From the NCBI GenBank assembly GCA_951406725.2, contig OX597825.1, forward strand, positions 63,674,001-63,738,000: a stretch of DNA of 64,000 bases, given 5' to 3'. The DNA comes from Octopus vulgaris. Its lineage: Eukaryota. The position numbers and the translations under genes were made by a program. Shown here piece by piece: positions 40,863-57,849 of this stretch (positions within the stretch are counted from its first letter, which is position 1; every line of letters begins with the position of its first letter). The notes beneath the pieces are model-generated. The model saw nothing but the letters and a program-made list of their open reading frames with translations, made no database searches and was not told where the DNA came from.

Positions 40863-41300
40863 ACCTGGTCCCCCGCCCAGCAACCGAATTCGTAGACGAA
40901 GGGGAACCCGGGGTGCCGGTGTATTAAGGTGGAGACGGCAGCCACCCGCCGAGGAGTAGAGCTTCCCCACCGAAGTGAACTGAGAGCGTGTCCACCGCGG
41001 CGGGGTCATCTGGCCCCCGACGCCGGTGTGTTATAGTGGTCGGTGCCACTCACCCCAGGAATAGGATTGCCCCTCCTGGGATGCTCCGGTTATTTAGGTG
41101 GGCAGCGCCACCGCCGATTTTCTACATGTCCCCGAGCGAACCAGCAGGGAATCATGTAGGGTCCCGACTTTCGTGGACAAAGCCACGCGACCAGGGGGTG
41201 CATCCATCCGCCGGGACTGGCTGCTTGTCCCGTCGATGCGCGGATCATAACCTTACCTGAATGCCTAAATGTATAAATGCCAATACAATTCTTGTTAACT

Positions 41301-41351
41301 AGCTTCCTGAAGATTTCTCTTGAATGAAACAGTTCTAGTCCTGTAGAAGCT
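41301..41351 (+). ncRNA. Type I hammerhead ribozyme (inverted pLTR)
   Basis: Stem I AGCTTC/GAAGCT; core CTGAAGA; short stem II TTC-tctt-GAA with a U-U closing mismatch; GAAA; stem III CAG/CTG; GUA cleavage after 41345. Confidence 0.85.
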
Positions 41352-41356
41352 CCTTC

Positions 41357-41419
<63 letters not shown>

Positions 41420-41483
41420 TATGAATTAACAGAATGAGATACAAAATCCAAGGCTGTGAATAGTTTTCAGATCTGTAAAGACA

Positions 41484-41537
41484 AGGTCACACAGTTTTTT
41501 CTGGGATATTTTATATATCCCTTCAACAGAGACGGTG
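41484..41537 (-). ncRNA. Degenerate hammerhead in another PLE-like terminus
   Basis: Minus strand accgtct-CTGTTGA-a-GGGATAT..ATATCCC-a-GAAAaaactgtgtgacc; stem II is intact, while core, stem III and stem I are mutated. Confidence 0.55.
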
Positions 41538-41617
41538 CGAGAAACTGTTCAAGTAATATTTATTATAGGGAAGATATGAAACGCAGAGTGAAGTGGAGGA
41601 TTGAAAACAGACGTAAG

Positions 41618-41653
<36 letters not shown>

Positions 41654-42100
41654 GCTAATTATTGCAATTAGTAATGCATGTACGTTCATATTTACATGCG
41701 TGGCTAATTATTGCAAATTATTTCTACGCTCAAATCAGATGAGAACGCTTCGACACATCCTTATTGCTTTCGAGGGTTACGATAATAATGTTCAAATTGT
41801 CATCATAAACAGTTCTGCATTGTAGTTCTATCAGTCGCTTGTCCACGAAGGAGGACCTTCAATTAAAATAAGTATATTTAAATAAATATCCAGCTGCTGT
41901 TGTATATTCAGCAGAAACTTATGCCTGTCAGAATTTATATTCGTTGCATTCGTTTAAAGAAATATATGTTATACCATTCTTTAATAGCTGCATGTATGTA
42001 TGACTTCATATATGTGGATTTGCATTTATATTATGTTTATATACAGTTATTGTGTGTGTATATGTATGTATGTATGTATGTATATATGTATGTATGTATG

Positions 42101-42139
<39 letters not shown>

Positions 42140-42308
42140 ATAGATAGATAGATAGATACATTGATATATATATATATACATTTATATATATTTATATATA
42201 TTTATATATATATTTATATATATTTATATATATATTCATATATATGTGTGTGTGTGCGTGTGTGTGTATGATAGTGTACTATTTGAAGAATGATTGAGTG
42301 GCAGCATG

Positions 42309-42351
<43 letters not shown>

Positions 42352-43417
42352 ATATGCATATGCAGAATTGTATATGCATCATGTGAATAAAGAATGCAGA
42401 ATTTCAGGTAGAAAAATTCAAAACTGATAGAAATAGTCAGTTACGTCGCATATGGAAAGACAGAAAGAGAGGGACATGGGGAATGGTAAACAAAGAGACA
42501 AATATGAACGACTCTAGAGAGAGAGGTACAGAAAGAATACGAAAGAATGGAGTAAACATATCAGGAGAAATAGCTTCAAAAATGCACAAAATTACTAAAT
42601 AAAATATGTATATGGTGTTGAAATATCCTGTTATATATACCGTATATTTAGAAAACCTTTAGACTTCAATCTATTTTATGCCTACAGTTTACTGCGCTCA
42701 TTACAGTTATTGTAAAGATGCTTTTGTATATTGACACAACTACATGGGAATCTTTTCAAGTGAAACACAAAAGAAATATGTTTTTACATGTTCTGGCATT
42801 ATTTCGGCAAAATACCAATTGTCCTTAAAGAATTGGTGAACTGAGAGAAGAAAATACACAACGTAGTCACCTAAACATAACCTTCCCCATCACCCAGAAA
42901 TGTATAACACAGAGTATGTTTTTATTTATATATTTTTCAAAGAAAAAACCCACAGTAGGTATAGAAGCTAAAGCTATCTATTTTGTCATAAAAATAAAGT
43001 CAATTGTACAAGGTTTCCTATTCGTTACTACATTGTGTAATACACATATGTTGTAGCGCGTGAATATATGTATAAACTGTCTTCTGTGTTCACGTTGTGT
43101 ATGATGTGTAAGTGTATATGAAGGTATATACATATGTCTAGGTGCATATGTGAGTGCGTGTAATATGAATATATGGAAATGAAATATGCCTGCGTTCTAA
43201 CGAATTTCATGCTAACATAGTTAACACATATGTAAGTGATTACATTAAAACATACAAATGTAAGTCTGTAAATATGCATAGAGGCCTATATATGTGCGTA
43301 TTTATGCATCTCTCTATCTATCTCACACACACACATATATTATATATGCACACATAGGTATACATATAATGTACATATGTACACATAAGTTTGTATTGTA
43401 GTTAATAAATACATACA

Positions 43418-43478
<61 letters not shown>

Positions 43479-43691
43479 TCACATCTGTGAGTATTTATAA
43501 ATTTATCAATTTTCTTAGAATATTTGATTGAAGCATATGCAATGAAGATGCGCAGAACAGACAGAAAAGATACACAAATACGCACATATACAAACACATA
43601 TTGATATACATACATGCATACATATATATATGTGTATGCATATTTATAAACATACATCTGATATATACACTAACCTATATACATACATACA

Positions 43692-43805
<114 letters not shown>

Positions 43806-44110
43806 TCTAAAATAAGCTGTGTAAACACTTACTTTCATGCTGACATATTTAAGTGAGTATTTCAATATAAAAACCTTTATATTCTGTCTTTTATCCAAAA
43901 TTGTTCATTGTGTAGCATAGTGGCATCTGTACTAACTTTTTTAAGATACCGCTGTATTTTATATTATTATATATTATTATATATGTATGTTTCCGTGTGC
44001 ATCTTGAAATAACTATGTAGTATAGACATGCATATAAAAAGTATAAATTTATTTATATATTTGTGTAGTTACACGCACGCACAAACACCCACATATACAC
44101 ACATACGTAT

Positions 44111-44142
<32 letters not shown>

Positions 44143-44648
44143 GCAATTGTATGTATGTGTTTGTATATATTCATATATGTGCTACGTGTATACGAACTAA
44201 AAAGGAAGAAGGCGAGAGACGTATAAAACTTATCCATCACTAAATATTGTTTGCTTTTGTTTTTGTTAGATGTCTCAAAGCGTCAAGTTAACTGAACAAT
44301 ATTACAGATTTGGCAATGTATCGACGTCTTGTGATGATAAAGTGTAGGCACTTATAAACAAAATAAATAGGTTTTTTTTTCTCCGCTATGTATACTACGG
44401 TGTTTTATAGATGAAATTTATTTCTCGATCTGCAAATTAGTGTGAACATATCGCTGGAGCAATCCAAACTGCAAACTTAATGACGAAACACTGAAACAAA
44501 GTTTCTTATATAATATACACACATATACACACAGAGACACACTCACTAACTCACTCACATACACACACATATATACACATATATATATATAAATATATAT
44601 ATATACATATATATATATAAATATATATATATACATATATATATATAA

Positions 44649-44684
<36 letters not shown>

Positions 44685-44788
44685 TGTTTGTTCCTTTTCG
44701 AGCCACGCCTGGCTCATTAGGACCGGTTTTACGGTTTCCTTGGCGTATACGTTCCCCACCTGGACGGGACACCTGTCCGTCGCCGGTG

Positions 44789-44852
<64 letters not shown>

Positions 44853-46649
44853 ACATATATATATATATATATGAATACATATGTACACATACACATGTAT
44901 ATATATATACATATATATATATTTATATATCTATATGTATATATACACATATATATGCATACATATGTACATCTATCGTGTGTATGTAACCATAAAAAAG
45001 TTAATTGTGTATATACATATTTATATATATGTGTGTGTGTGTGTGTCTATATGTATACGGAGATTAAGCCTAACCATTGAGATCTCGATTAACTCACCCG
45101 TAATAATAGATCGTTAAAATCTTGCACGTTATAACTTTGTAGAAAATCTAGGAAGGAAAAGCCTAAAGAGGGAAGTAAAATTAGAATAAAGAGGACAATT
45201 GCATTAAGTTTACATATAAATCAAACTGCAGTTATTTTCAACAGTCGTTTGAGTAGGAGTAAACATATTTATTTCAACTACGTTATTACAATACACGATG
45301 AATTAATATAAATCTGCGCAAGGCAATGTTTATCATAATTCATCTGGAATATTACGCACTAGCTGCCACAGATTATGGTCGGCATAGACAGTAATATCCC
45401 CGTTGGTTTGGGCTAAACAGTGTTTGAAATATATTCGTTTTAAGAGAATTTACATTAATCAATTATGTATCTTGATTATGCAATTTGAGAATTAAAGAAG
45501 CTTTTTCTTAGTGTAAAAGCTATTGAATTAATTATGTTATGATCATTCCATCTCTTTTTTTTCTGTCCGTTCTTTTATTCTAAATAGATGTGTATATATG
45601 TGTATTTATGTGCGTATGTATGTATAACAGTTGTATGGCATCTGTATGACAACGATGAAGTTATCCCGATGGCTACATCGTAACCAGCTCAGCAATAGCT
45701 TATTTCACCTGCTAGACTGAGGATAGTATTCACCTACTACATTCTAATTCAGGATGCAAATACACCGTCAACCTGAATTTGAAATTACAACCTCCTCTAC
45801 TATACTTTCCGTGTGTTTTCATGAACGATGAACGAGGAAACTACAGATGTTACAATAATTTGGTGTCACTGACATACACTAGACAAAACGCAGAGTATGC
45901 TATGTGTATTCATTTGTTGGTCAGTAAAGTGATAATTTTCTACACATGATGCCTCTGCATGGTTTCTAAAATTGTTGGCGTGGAATGTGTAAACGTTTCT
46001 CAAGCAGTAAGCCTTTCCAAATGTTACAACAGAGTGATTTTCCTTTGCAACACATAAAGCACTACGTGGCAGTGTTAAACTAAATCACAGGTTAGTCCAT
46101 TACACTTTCAAACAATAGCACTATTTGAAATCAGAACTTTGGGTTTCAAAACAAAAATTTTGTAATGTCTTTAGATTCATGTTGCAGTTTAACCAATCAG
46201 ACACATTGACGTGGAGATTTTTATCGATCAAGAAAGGATAAATGTCAGAAGTAAACTCAACGAAGCTTGAATATGGAGGTCGTAGATACGGAACAAAAAC
46301 AACAAGAATTTTACACGACAATTTAATTATTTTGGCCTTTTGCCGCCTCCTGTTTGTGGTTTCAATATTTTGCAGCTTTCATTTGTAACAAAGCAACAGT
46401 AAGAAAAAATCAAAAATAAAAACCGCAAAAACTCAGATTCACAATGTATCCTAACAACAAATTTTATACTGGCAAAAGATTCTATGCCGCGAGTGACACA
46501 CTATAAATGTTCCAAGCCATTGTAATTGGGATGTTGGAAATAATTAATTAAATAAGTGAAAGTCGCCAGAGACTAAGAACACAGCAATAGTTAAGTATGA
46601 ATATACTTTTTCGTAGTGTATTCCGTTCCGTATACATGTAAATATTATC

Positions 46650-46688
<39 letters not shown>

Positions 46689-46780
46689 TATATATATATA
46701 CACATACATGTGTGTATATTTATACACATATACCCACATATGTATGTTCGCAAACCGACACAGACGAACCCACGCGCGCG

Positions 46781-46811
<31 letters not shown>

Positions 46812-47030
46812 GTATGTATATACACGTGAAGTATATTTGCTACTTAAATGTGGCTAACCACCAAGGCTGGATGCTACTGTAGCTTGTAGCCCCAGGAGAA
46901 CTTCTTCTCCAGCTGGCTATTGACAGACTTTCTCTGCCCTATCAGTATTTGCAAAGGGAAGCCATCTTTCTCATCGTCGATCTGTATATATATATATATA
47001 TATCCATATCTATCTATATATATATATATG

Positions 47031-47068
<38 letters not shown>

Positions 47069-47069
47069 T

Positions 47070-47124
<55 letters not shown>

Positions 47125-49027
47125 AGAAGGCAGGAGGAGCAGAACAAAAGTATGATAATGTACAAAATACTCAGCCTTTACAAACAGTTTTGCAGGTTCT
47201 AAGATAAATGTATTTTCTGTTTACAAGAAGACAACTAACTTCGGCCGACATATTTTAGGAAACTGTCGGGTTAATCTGCTTTGGTTTGTTGCGAATTTCT
47301 AGATATAATATGCTTTTTCAGAATAACAATTTATTATAATATACTTCCATATATATTATTTGTCTCATGAACATGATCATACGAAGAGGTGAGTGTAAGA
47401 AATATGTAAAGAATACAGCAGATATTGTTGTTCTTCTATTAAAAGTCTGTTTCAATCAAGCAAGCAGTTATCGGAGGTGTTTCCGTTATGATCGCTTTTT
47501 CACTATTTTTCTCTTAGTGTAGCTACAAGTACATCATTCTACGTAAGTTGAGAAAAATGTGCATGCTGTTTCCAGAGGGATTTCTTGTACTTTACATGGC
47601 TATGTACAGAAGTTCTAATTGGATGGTAGAGAATATTGTAGATGAGAGTAACGTAAACTCAATGAAATATGCGACTGCTTAGAAAATTATTACAATGTGG
47701 AAAGCACTTGAACTCGTTCTGTCGAATTAATCCCCAATTCATCTTTATTTCACAAATTCATAGATAAAGAAAAGTATATTAAACATTATTACGTAATTAT
47801 ACAGAATGGAAAAATGAGAATGAACTTTAGTAAGTGAGTAATGGAAGTAAGATAGGAACCTCAAAGGGAAGCCTTCAGAAACGAATGTGATAAAGTATGA
47901 AAATTGTATAGCAGAAACAGTGAATATATAATTTCAGGAAAGCTAGGAAAAGAATCTTAATTTTATTAAGAATTTATATTCCAGAATTCAAACGGAGTCG
48001 CATTCTTAGTATAATAAATACATATATGTATGTGTATGTATGTGCATGTATGCGTGTGTGTGCGTGTGTGTGCGTGTGTGTGTGGATCCATTCCAAAATG
48101 TGACCATGTGTGGACTGTTGGCGATTGGTTTACCTCCGTCTTCCTTTTCTCTTGCGCCTTTGTCTTCAGTTTCTGAGGAAAACACCCTTTTCTTTTCTAC
48201 TCTGAACGTGTTACTAATACTTTGCACGTACCCTGTCCTCATGTTTTTGTATTTTCTTGTCCTTTTTTCTCCATTCATTTATATGTGTATGTATGTATAT
48301 AAGTGTATATATAAAGAAATTATTTATCCACCAATACGGTGTTGAGCCTTCATTCCATCGTTCTACATTTCCATACACATATATATGTATATATTCATGC
48401 ATATATGAGTGTGTATACGGATGTATGTGTGTATGTAAATGTTTATAAATTGATGCAGGTTATATGGAAGCGCAGAGAAATAAATGTTTAAATAAATATA
48501 TAAAATATGCAAACAATCCTATCCTGTATTATAGATATACAAATAAAACATAAACATCTTATTGATGCACTACATCTGGGACTCATTTTATATATGTGTA
48601 TAACAGCATTAGTGAAGTCCATTTCACTTTCTATCACCTTATTCTGAAATATCTCCAGACTACTAAGATACATAATCAATAAAATTGTTACTTCCCTTCT
48701 GCGATTTTCATTCTTTTTTTCTTTTTTTCTTTTGAGTAGAGTAATATTATTTACCCAGCGAATGCCAAGCTATCTTCCGTTGGAAGCAGTCTAAAGCCGA
48801 GATCTCTTCCGACTTTACTTCTGTCTAGTTCTCCGAAGTCTTATGGAAAAAATCTAACAGGAATAATGATTCCGTTCTTGACATTAGTAAAATATATTAC
48901 TATGGCTTCCTTTGCAAACAATAAACCTATGGCAAAACGCCAAATCCTGTTATTATCGTTGCTGACACAGTTGCTCATTTATTATTTTTACTTATTTCTA
49001 TTATTATTATTATTATCATTATTATTA

Positions 49028-49127
<100 letters not shown>

Positions 49128-49332
49128 GCACTTTAACTTCCTCTTCAATCACTTAATTTCTCTCACTGCCAACATGACCTCTAATCCAATTCTCTTTTTG
49201 AAGAAATCAATTTTCTTCCTGACCTTCTTTTAATTTTTCACAAATAACAAGAAATATATTGCAAAGAACATCATTTCTACATTGAAATCTATTTCATTCT
49301 ATGTGATTTATATATATATATATATCTATATG

Positions 49333-49366
<34 letters not shown>

Positions 49367-49523
49367 TGTATGTATGTATGTATGTATGTATATATGTATG
49401 TAGGTAGGTAGGTATGGAAGGATGGATGAATGGATGAATGTGCGCGTCTGTACGTGTGTGTGTATGTGTATTTGTACCTTTATATTCTAATCTTTTCCAG
49501 TCAGCATTTATCGACAAAAATAA

Positions 49524-49574
49524 ACAACAACAACAACAACAACAACAGCAATAATAATAATAATGATAATACTA

Positions 49575-49657
<83 letters not shown>

Positions 49658-49733
49658 AAGAAGAAGAATAAGAAGAAGAAGAAGAAGAAGAATAGCAATA
49701 ATAATAACAATAATAATAATAATAATAATAATA
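49524..49733. repeat. Compound trinucleotide microsatellite (AAC/AAT/AAG)n
   Basis: Direct inspection. Confidence 0.95.
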
Positions 49734-50589
49734 TGAATCCTGCCATTATTTTCTATAAGGAAACACTTACACTACAAGGATATATACACGTGCTTCACAA
49801 AAACGTGGGGAGATGGACAAAATGAAATTATATAAAGTTGGGGGAGAGGTGTGGATGTTATGCAAATTGAAGACATTTTCTTCCTATTTTACATACTTGA
49901 ATGAGTTGAATTGTCAAAGGACTAACTATGCCTTACCAAAGTCATTTTATTCCATACGAATAAAAAGGAAAATCAAGTCTGGAAATGGTAATTTATTCAT
50001 CGAATCTCCAAGTAAAAAATTCAATGTTCAAATCGACGTGGTTTCGAACTTTCAAAAGCGAATACCGCTATACGTTCTAACCAGCACTCTATAATTCTTC
50101 CCATTTGCCATCGTATAATAAATTAAAAATCATATAAAACCACACATTAGGAAACACGAAATAGTTACAAACAAGTGAGGAATAGAAATCGAGTAATAAT
50201 TCGACACATTAAAGTACACTTTTGGCTATCGTCAATAAGCACATCTTGTGCATCGCATTTCACAAAGTAGCTTAACTAGCCCACAATAACGTAAATACAA
50301 GGCATTCTTCACAGTATTAATGAAGACGGGTTCGTGCCTGTGATATATACGTTTTGGTACATGTTTAGTATTTTTTTTCCTTATTGTGTTAACGATCTGC
50401 CAATAGCCACTGATGAAATGAATGACCCTGACATCTATATTTAGGGTTGGAAATTTTCAGAGAAGTAGAATCAGAAGTGTCCTGATGGTAAATAATACTA
50501 CATTGGGATTTAAACTGAAATGGCATATATATTATATATTATATATATATATATATCTCCAAACTCGGATATCCAGAGGTATCTATCTA

Positions 50590-50637
<48 letters not shown>

Positions 50638-50639
<2 letters not shown>

Positions 50640-51310
50640 AGAAAAAAGCAACAAGAATGGATTAGTTGTTCAGTACAATTGTTTCATACGAAGAACAGAT
50701 ATATTAAAAGCTGCAAATATTGCAGCAACTACAAGTGTCCCGTATTCATCAACCAAAACACATATGAGTTTTCCAAACATCCTAGGGGGTGAAGCTACAC
50801 ACATGAAGTATCAAAGAGAGTTCTATGAAAAGCAAAGTTAGATTGTAAGCAGACTTAAAATGTTTTCTAATGATGCACAGTTTTATAAAAGGTTTTTAAA
50901 AACGATTGTTAGCTTCACAGAAAAGGTAAATCCATCCATAATAATGCAGGTGTAATTTCCGGAGATATGAAGAGAGATTTTTATTCTCAGAGAAGATGAA
51001 TGTATCCATAATAATGCAGATGTAATTTCCTGATATATGAGGAGAAGATGTTGATCACACATCTATTCGTTTCACAAAACTACGTTGTTTGGAAGAAGAG
51101 ATTGGCTATATTGGCTAAAAAAAAGTCGCGAAAGAAGTCAGTGAAGCAGAAACCGTCCAAATGACAACATTATGGGAGGAAGGGGGTGTAAGTACACAAT
51201 GTACAAAGTTTAGTTTATTTCTGTGGTGACAGAAAATCTAGGTCAGTGTTGCGGGAATTTAAGATCTATAAGAGAACATTATTTTTGACCATCAGACAGC
51301 TATTAACTGC
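50638..51310 (-). mobile_element. Second copy of the 11-12 kb PLE family (3' UTR plus HHR), with an internal ~70-bp tandem duplication
   Basis: Reverse-complement similarity to ~11560-12150 (tttccaaacatcctag, taagcagactt, aaggtaaatccatccata, tttctgtggtgacagaaaatctagg); abuts (TA)n. Confidence 0.85.
50667..50760 (-). ncRNA. Hammerhead homologous to 12033-12119 with a C3U core change (probably inactive)
   Basis: TTGATGA-ATACG...GCTGCAA/TTGCAGC...CGTAT-GAAAC-AATT-GTA. Confidence 0.75.
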
Positions 51311-51544
51311 CACTCCTACAGAGTGGTCTGAGAAAAAAAGCATTCTCAACTACTTAGTTTTGAGCAGCTATAATGTAATCAATGGTTATGGCCAATCAGA
51401 AATTTACCATTGGGTTCGCGTTTATAGCAATATAGACGACGCACTAAACCGCAGGTGCATAACCCCCTTACTAATGGCGATAAGAGTACACTCTGGAAAG
51501 CAAATTTTTGAAAAAACATCTGAGACGAAATGTTTTGAACCGAA

Positions 51545-51758
51545 AATCCTTTCTAGATGCAAGAAGTTAAGTCATTTGGAATAATTTTATTTGTATTTTA
51601 GAACAAACGATTTTTCGTGTCCTAGAATTTATCCGCTTGATCCGAAAACCGTTATAATTACGCACTGAAAGTATACACCGTATCAACGAGAGGGAAATCA
51701 CTTGGACTTCATCTTTACCATTAAGTTTCAGGTCATCCATGAATAACAAACGATTGAC
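51545..51758 (-). mobile_element. R4/Dong-like RT fragment (oldest of three)
   Basis: VNRLLFMDDLKLNGKDE resembles 'VNHLLFMDDLKLYGK' (catalytic DD); begins directly after (TAA)n. Confidence 0.75.
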
Positions 51759-51860
<102 letters not shown>

Positions 51861-51889
51861 GTTGTTGTTGTTGTTGTTTTTACTTTTAA

Positions 51890-55042
<3,153 letters not shown>

Positions 55043-55219
55043 TTTTATTACAGCAGCATCTGTGACTAGAAATAAACAGAATATATATATATATGGAGGG
55101 GGTCTAGATAAATAAATAGACAGAAAGCTGTATAGATAAGTAGATATACATACATAGAAAGCTAACCTGTGTATATATATGTTTGCCTATATATATATAA
55201 ATATACCCCCCATATATAA

Positions 55220-55308
<89 letters not shown>

Positions 55309-56283
55309 TATATATGAGTGTGTGTGTGTAGATGTGTGTTTGTTTATATATGAGTTCGCATGCGTGTGTGTTTGTCTGTGAATCTGTGCGCATGTGTATC
55401 CAAAAAAAAACTGAAAAGTTTTAGAGAGAGAGATCAGGTATGACAGCTTGTTAATTACAGTGACTCCCATTCGAGAGAAGAGAAACTGAAGGAACATTTT
55501 TAACTGCAGCAGATATCAGTTTGTTATCTATATTGTTAAGCATAAAAAAATTCGGAAAGAAAATAGCAACTGTCAAACTGCGCAATGAGCTAGACGGGAG
55601 ATTTTGTCTTGGATAATTCCGACTCCTCGGGTTAGCAATTATTTTTCCTTTACTATTTAGGGATGAGTGAATACATTTTGTATTATTTATTTATATATTA
55701 GCTTCAGTGCATCATTTGACTTCTTATCAATACAGAGGAAACCCTATTATCAAATTCTCCTAACAACAAATATATATCACGCAGTCGGAAATTCACCACT
55801 AAAACTAGTTGTATAACTCTATAACTAGCAATTAATTCCATAATATCAAAAATATGGCTAAATGGAAATAGCTTATAGCAATGCTGAGTGGAATTTATCT
55901 TAAACATATATTGCTGTGGGGTGAGAATTACTCGGGGAGCTGGAATTATTCAAAACAAAATCCGTTTCATTATATATATTTTAAATCACAACAAGCAATG
56001 GTGTGATTCCGATGCGCATTCCTGGTATCCATCAACTACTTCAAAATTGATGTAATAGGACTTAATATTCCTTGTTGTCAAAGTTTAGATTCTAATCATC
56101 CTCAGAAAGGAATTGTTTCCTGTATATTTGGATTCTCCCAGTTTATCAACACCATTCAAATTCTCCCACATCGTCCTTGCAGAATTCAAACCATGCAATG
56201 AAATAGGTAAAATGAAATGCTCACAATAACTCTGAATGTTTAGTGCATTGTAAGGTAAAATCATTTTAAAAGCTGAATGCGCT

Positions 56284-57163
56284 TACGAGATGGTATCAAA
56301 GCGCTCCTAGGCTGGCTATATTTAATGAAATATTACTTTTAACATAATCACATTTGAAATGGTCACCTTGTGCAACAATACTCCGGTCTCAGCGTTCCTG
56401 CGACTTTTGGAATCCGACTGTGAATTCGGTTTCCGTAAACAAGTCGAGGACCTTGTGCGATTCGCTCTTGCTCTCAGCATTGGTGTTATAATAGCGACCT
56501 TTGAGCTGCATTTTCATCCAGGGAAAGAGATGGAACTCTGCAAGTGCTAAATCTGACGAATAGGGTAGATGCAGGAGAGATACCATATCGCTTTTTTGAC
56601 GAGGAATTCACGAGTAAGAAGTGCTCGGTGACACGGTGCATTGTCGTCTTGAAAAATCTAATTCTACACGCTCCACAGATTCGGCCGCTTTCGCCGAATG
56701 TAATACACTCAAAACACTTGAAAACGTCGCAGTAGAAAAATCGACTGTCGGTCTGGCCCTGGAAGAATTTTCGATACGCAATATCGCGGATGTCTGAAGA
56801 AACGCTGAGCATGCTCCTGACAGAGCTGCGTCTCTGCCGTGCCTTTTGAAGCAGCTGTGCCACTAGAAACTTTGCATACGACGAATCGCCTCATCACCGT
56901 AAGTTTGCCAAAGTATGCTTGATGTCTCTGTACCAGACTTTACAAGTTTAACGCAAAATTTCCGCCCAGGCTGTTTGCGTTAATTTAATACTACAGCACA
57001 GGCATGATGACAAAAACACAAACTTCATAACTTGCGAAATAAACATGGCGATATCACTCGGCAAACTGCCTCATGGAAGTCACTGCTAGCTTGCACAGCG
57101 CACGCAAGCAACCTGTTGGCGCTCTACAGAATTCGTCCTGGAACCTTGTCATACCACTTCGTA
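56284..57163 (-). mobile_element. Internally deleted mariner element with both TIRs
   Basis: HLPYSSDLALAEFHLFPWMKMQLKGR resembles HPPYSPDLAP.DF.LF..MK..LKG; imperfect TIRs TAcgagatggtatcaaag / cttgtcataccacttcgTA. Confidence 0.88.
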
Positions 57164-57715
57164 TATGATTTATTTATAATTTCTATGAAATATAATTTGG
57201 TTTGTTGTTTGCAGACGAGTATTTTGCATGGGGAGCGGAGAAAATATTGAAGAGCGTCTAAAAGAAGAACAGCATCATATAGTACTTTCACCAACTTGCA
57301 GTTCTTTTATAATAAACCATTAGTCGTGGCTGATACGAGTTGTATATGTTACCCTAAAAGGAGAAGATAGTAAACTATTTGAGAGGAAGGGTTTATGCAC
57401 CTACAGAAGAGTTAGGTAAGGGACATAATAATTATGTAAACAACAGCAAAATATTTCTCTTGCATGAATAATTATAAATCGCCTCCATAGTCGTTTCATT
57501 AATGCAGCCTAGAATTTTGTGCTGAGACTTACAAATACCCGTTGACGTACAGAGTATTCTAATCAGGCGTTAATTGGTCTGTGCTGAGGAGTAGAAATGC
57601 AAATGACCAAAGCTGCATTTCCTAAGTGATCATTATACATTTGTATTATGATCACTTAAATGGATTCTAATGTTATGAGGTAGAAAATGATATTTTGAAT
57701 ATTTCAGTATTTTGA

Positions 57716-57770
<55 letters not shown>

Positions 57771-57849
57771 ACAATTGTTTGTTTATACCCCACCTGCCTT
57801 CGACTTTTGTTTATTTTCATAAAGCTTCCCGTTATATATATATATAGTT

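Larger units (their letters stand above)
37663..41364 (-). mobile_element. Penelope-like retroelement: 5'-truncated GIY-YIG ORF, microsatellite-filled 3' UTR, hammerhead pLTR and an inverted pLTR copy at the 5' end; inserted in (TA)n
   Basis: GIY-YIG ORF remnant at 40529-40862; 37736-37846 and 41262-41364 are near-perfect inverted repeats (one 8-nt indel), each with an HHR; (TA)n on both flanks. Inverted terminal pLTRs and HHRs are known PLE hallmarks. Confidence 0.9.

Noticed and set aside
40863-40945. N-terminal part of the ORF 40529-40945 as an intact endonuclease gene
   Set aside because: Homology begins only at ~40862; the upstream codons come from the unrelated GC-rich block, the GIY motif is missing and the start codon is GTG
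40930-40975. HDV-like ribozyme core (CTCCTCGG on the minus strand)
   Set aside because: I could not build convincing P1/P2/P3 pairings around it
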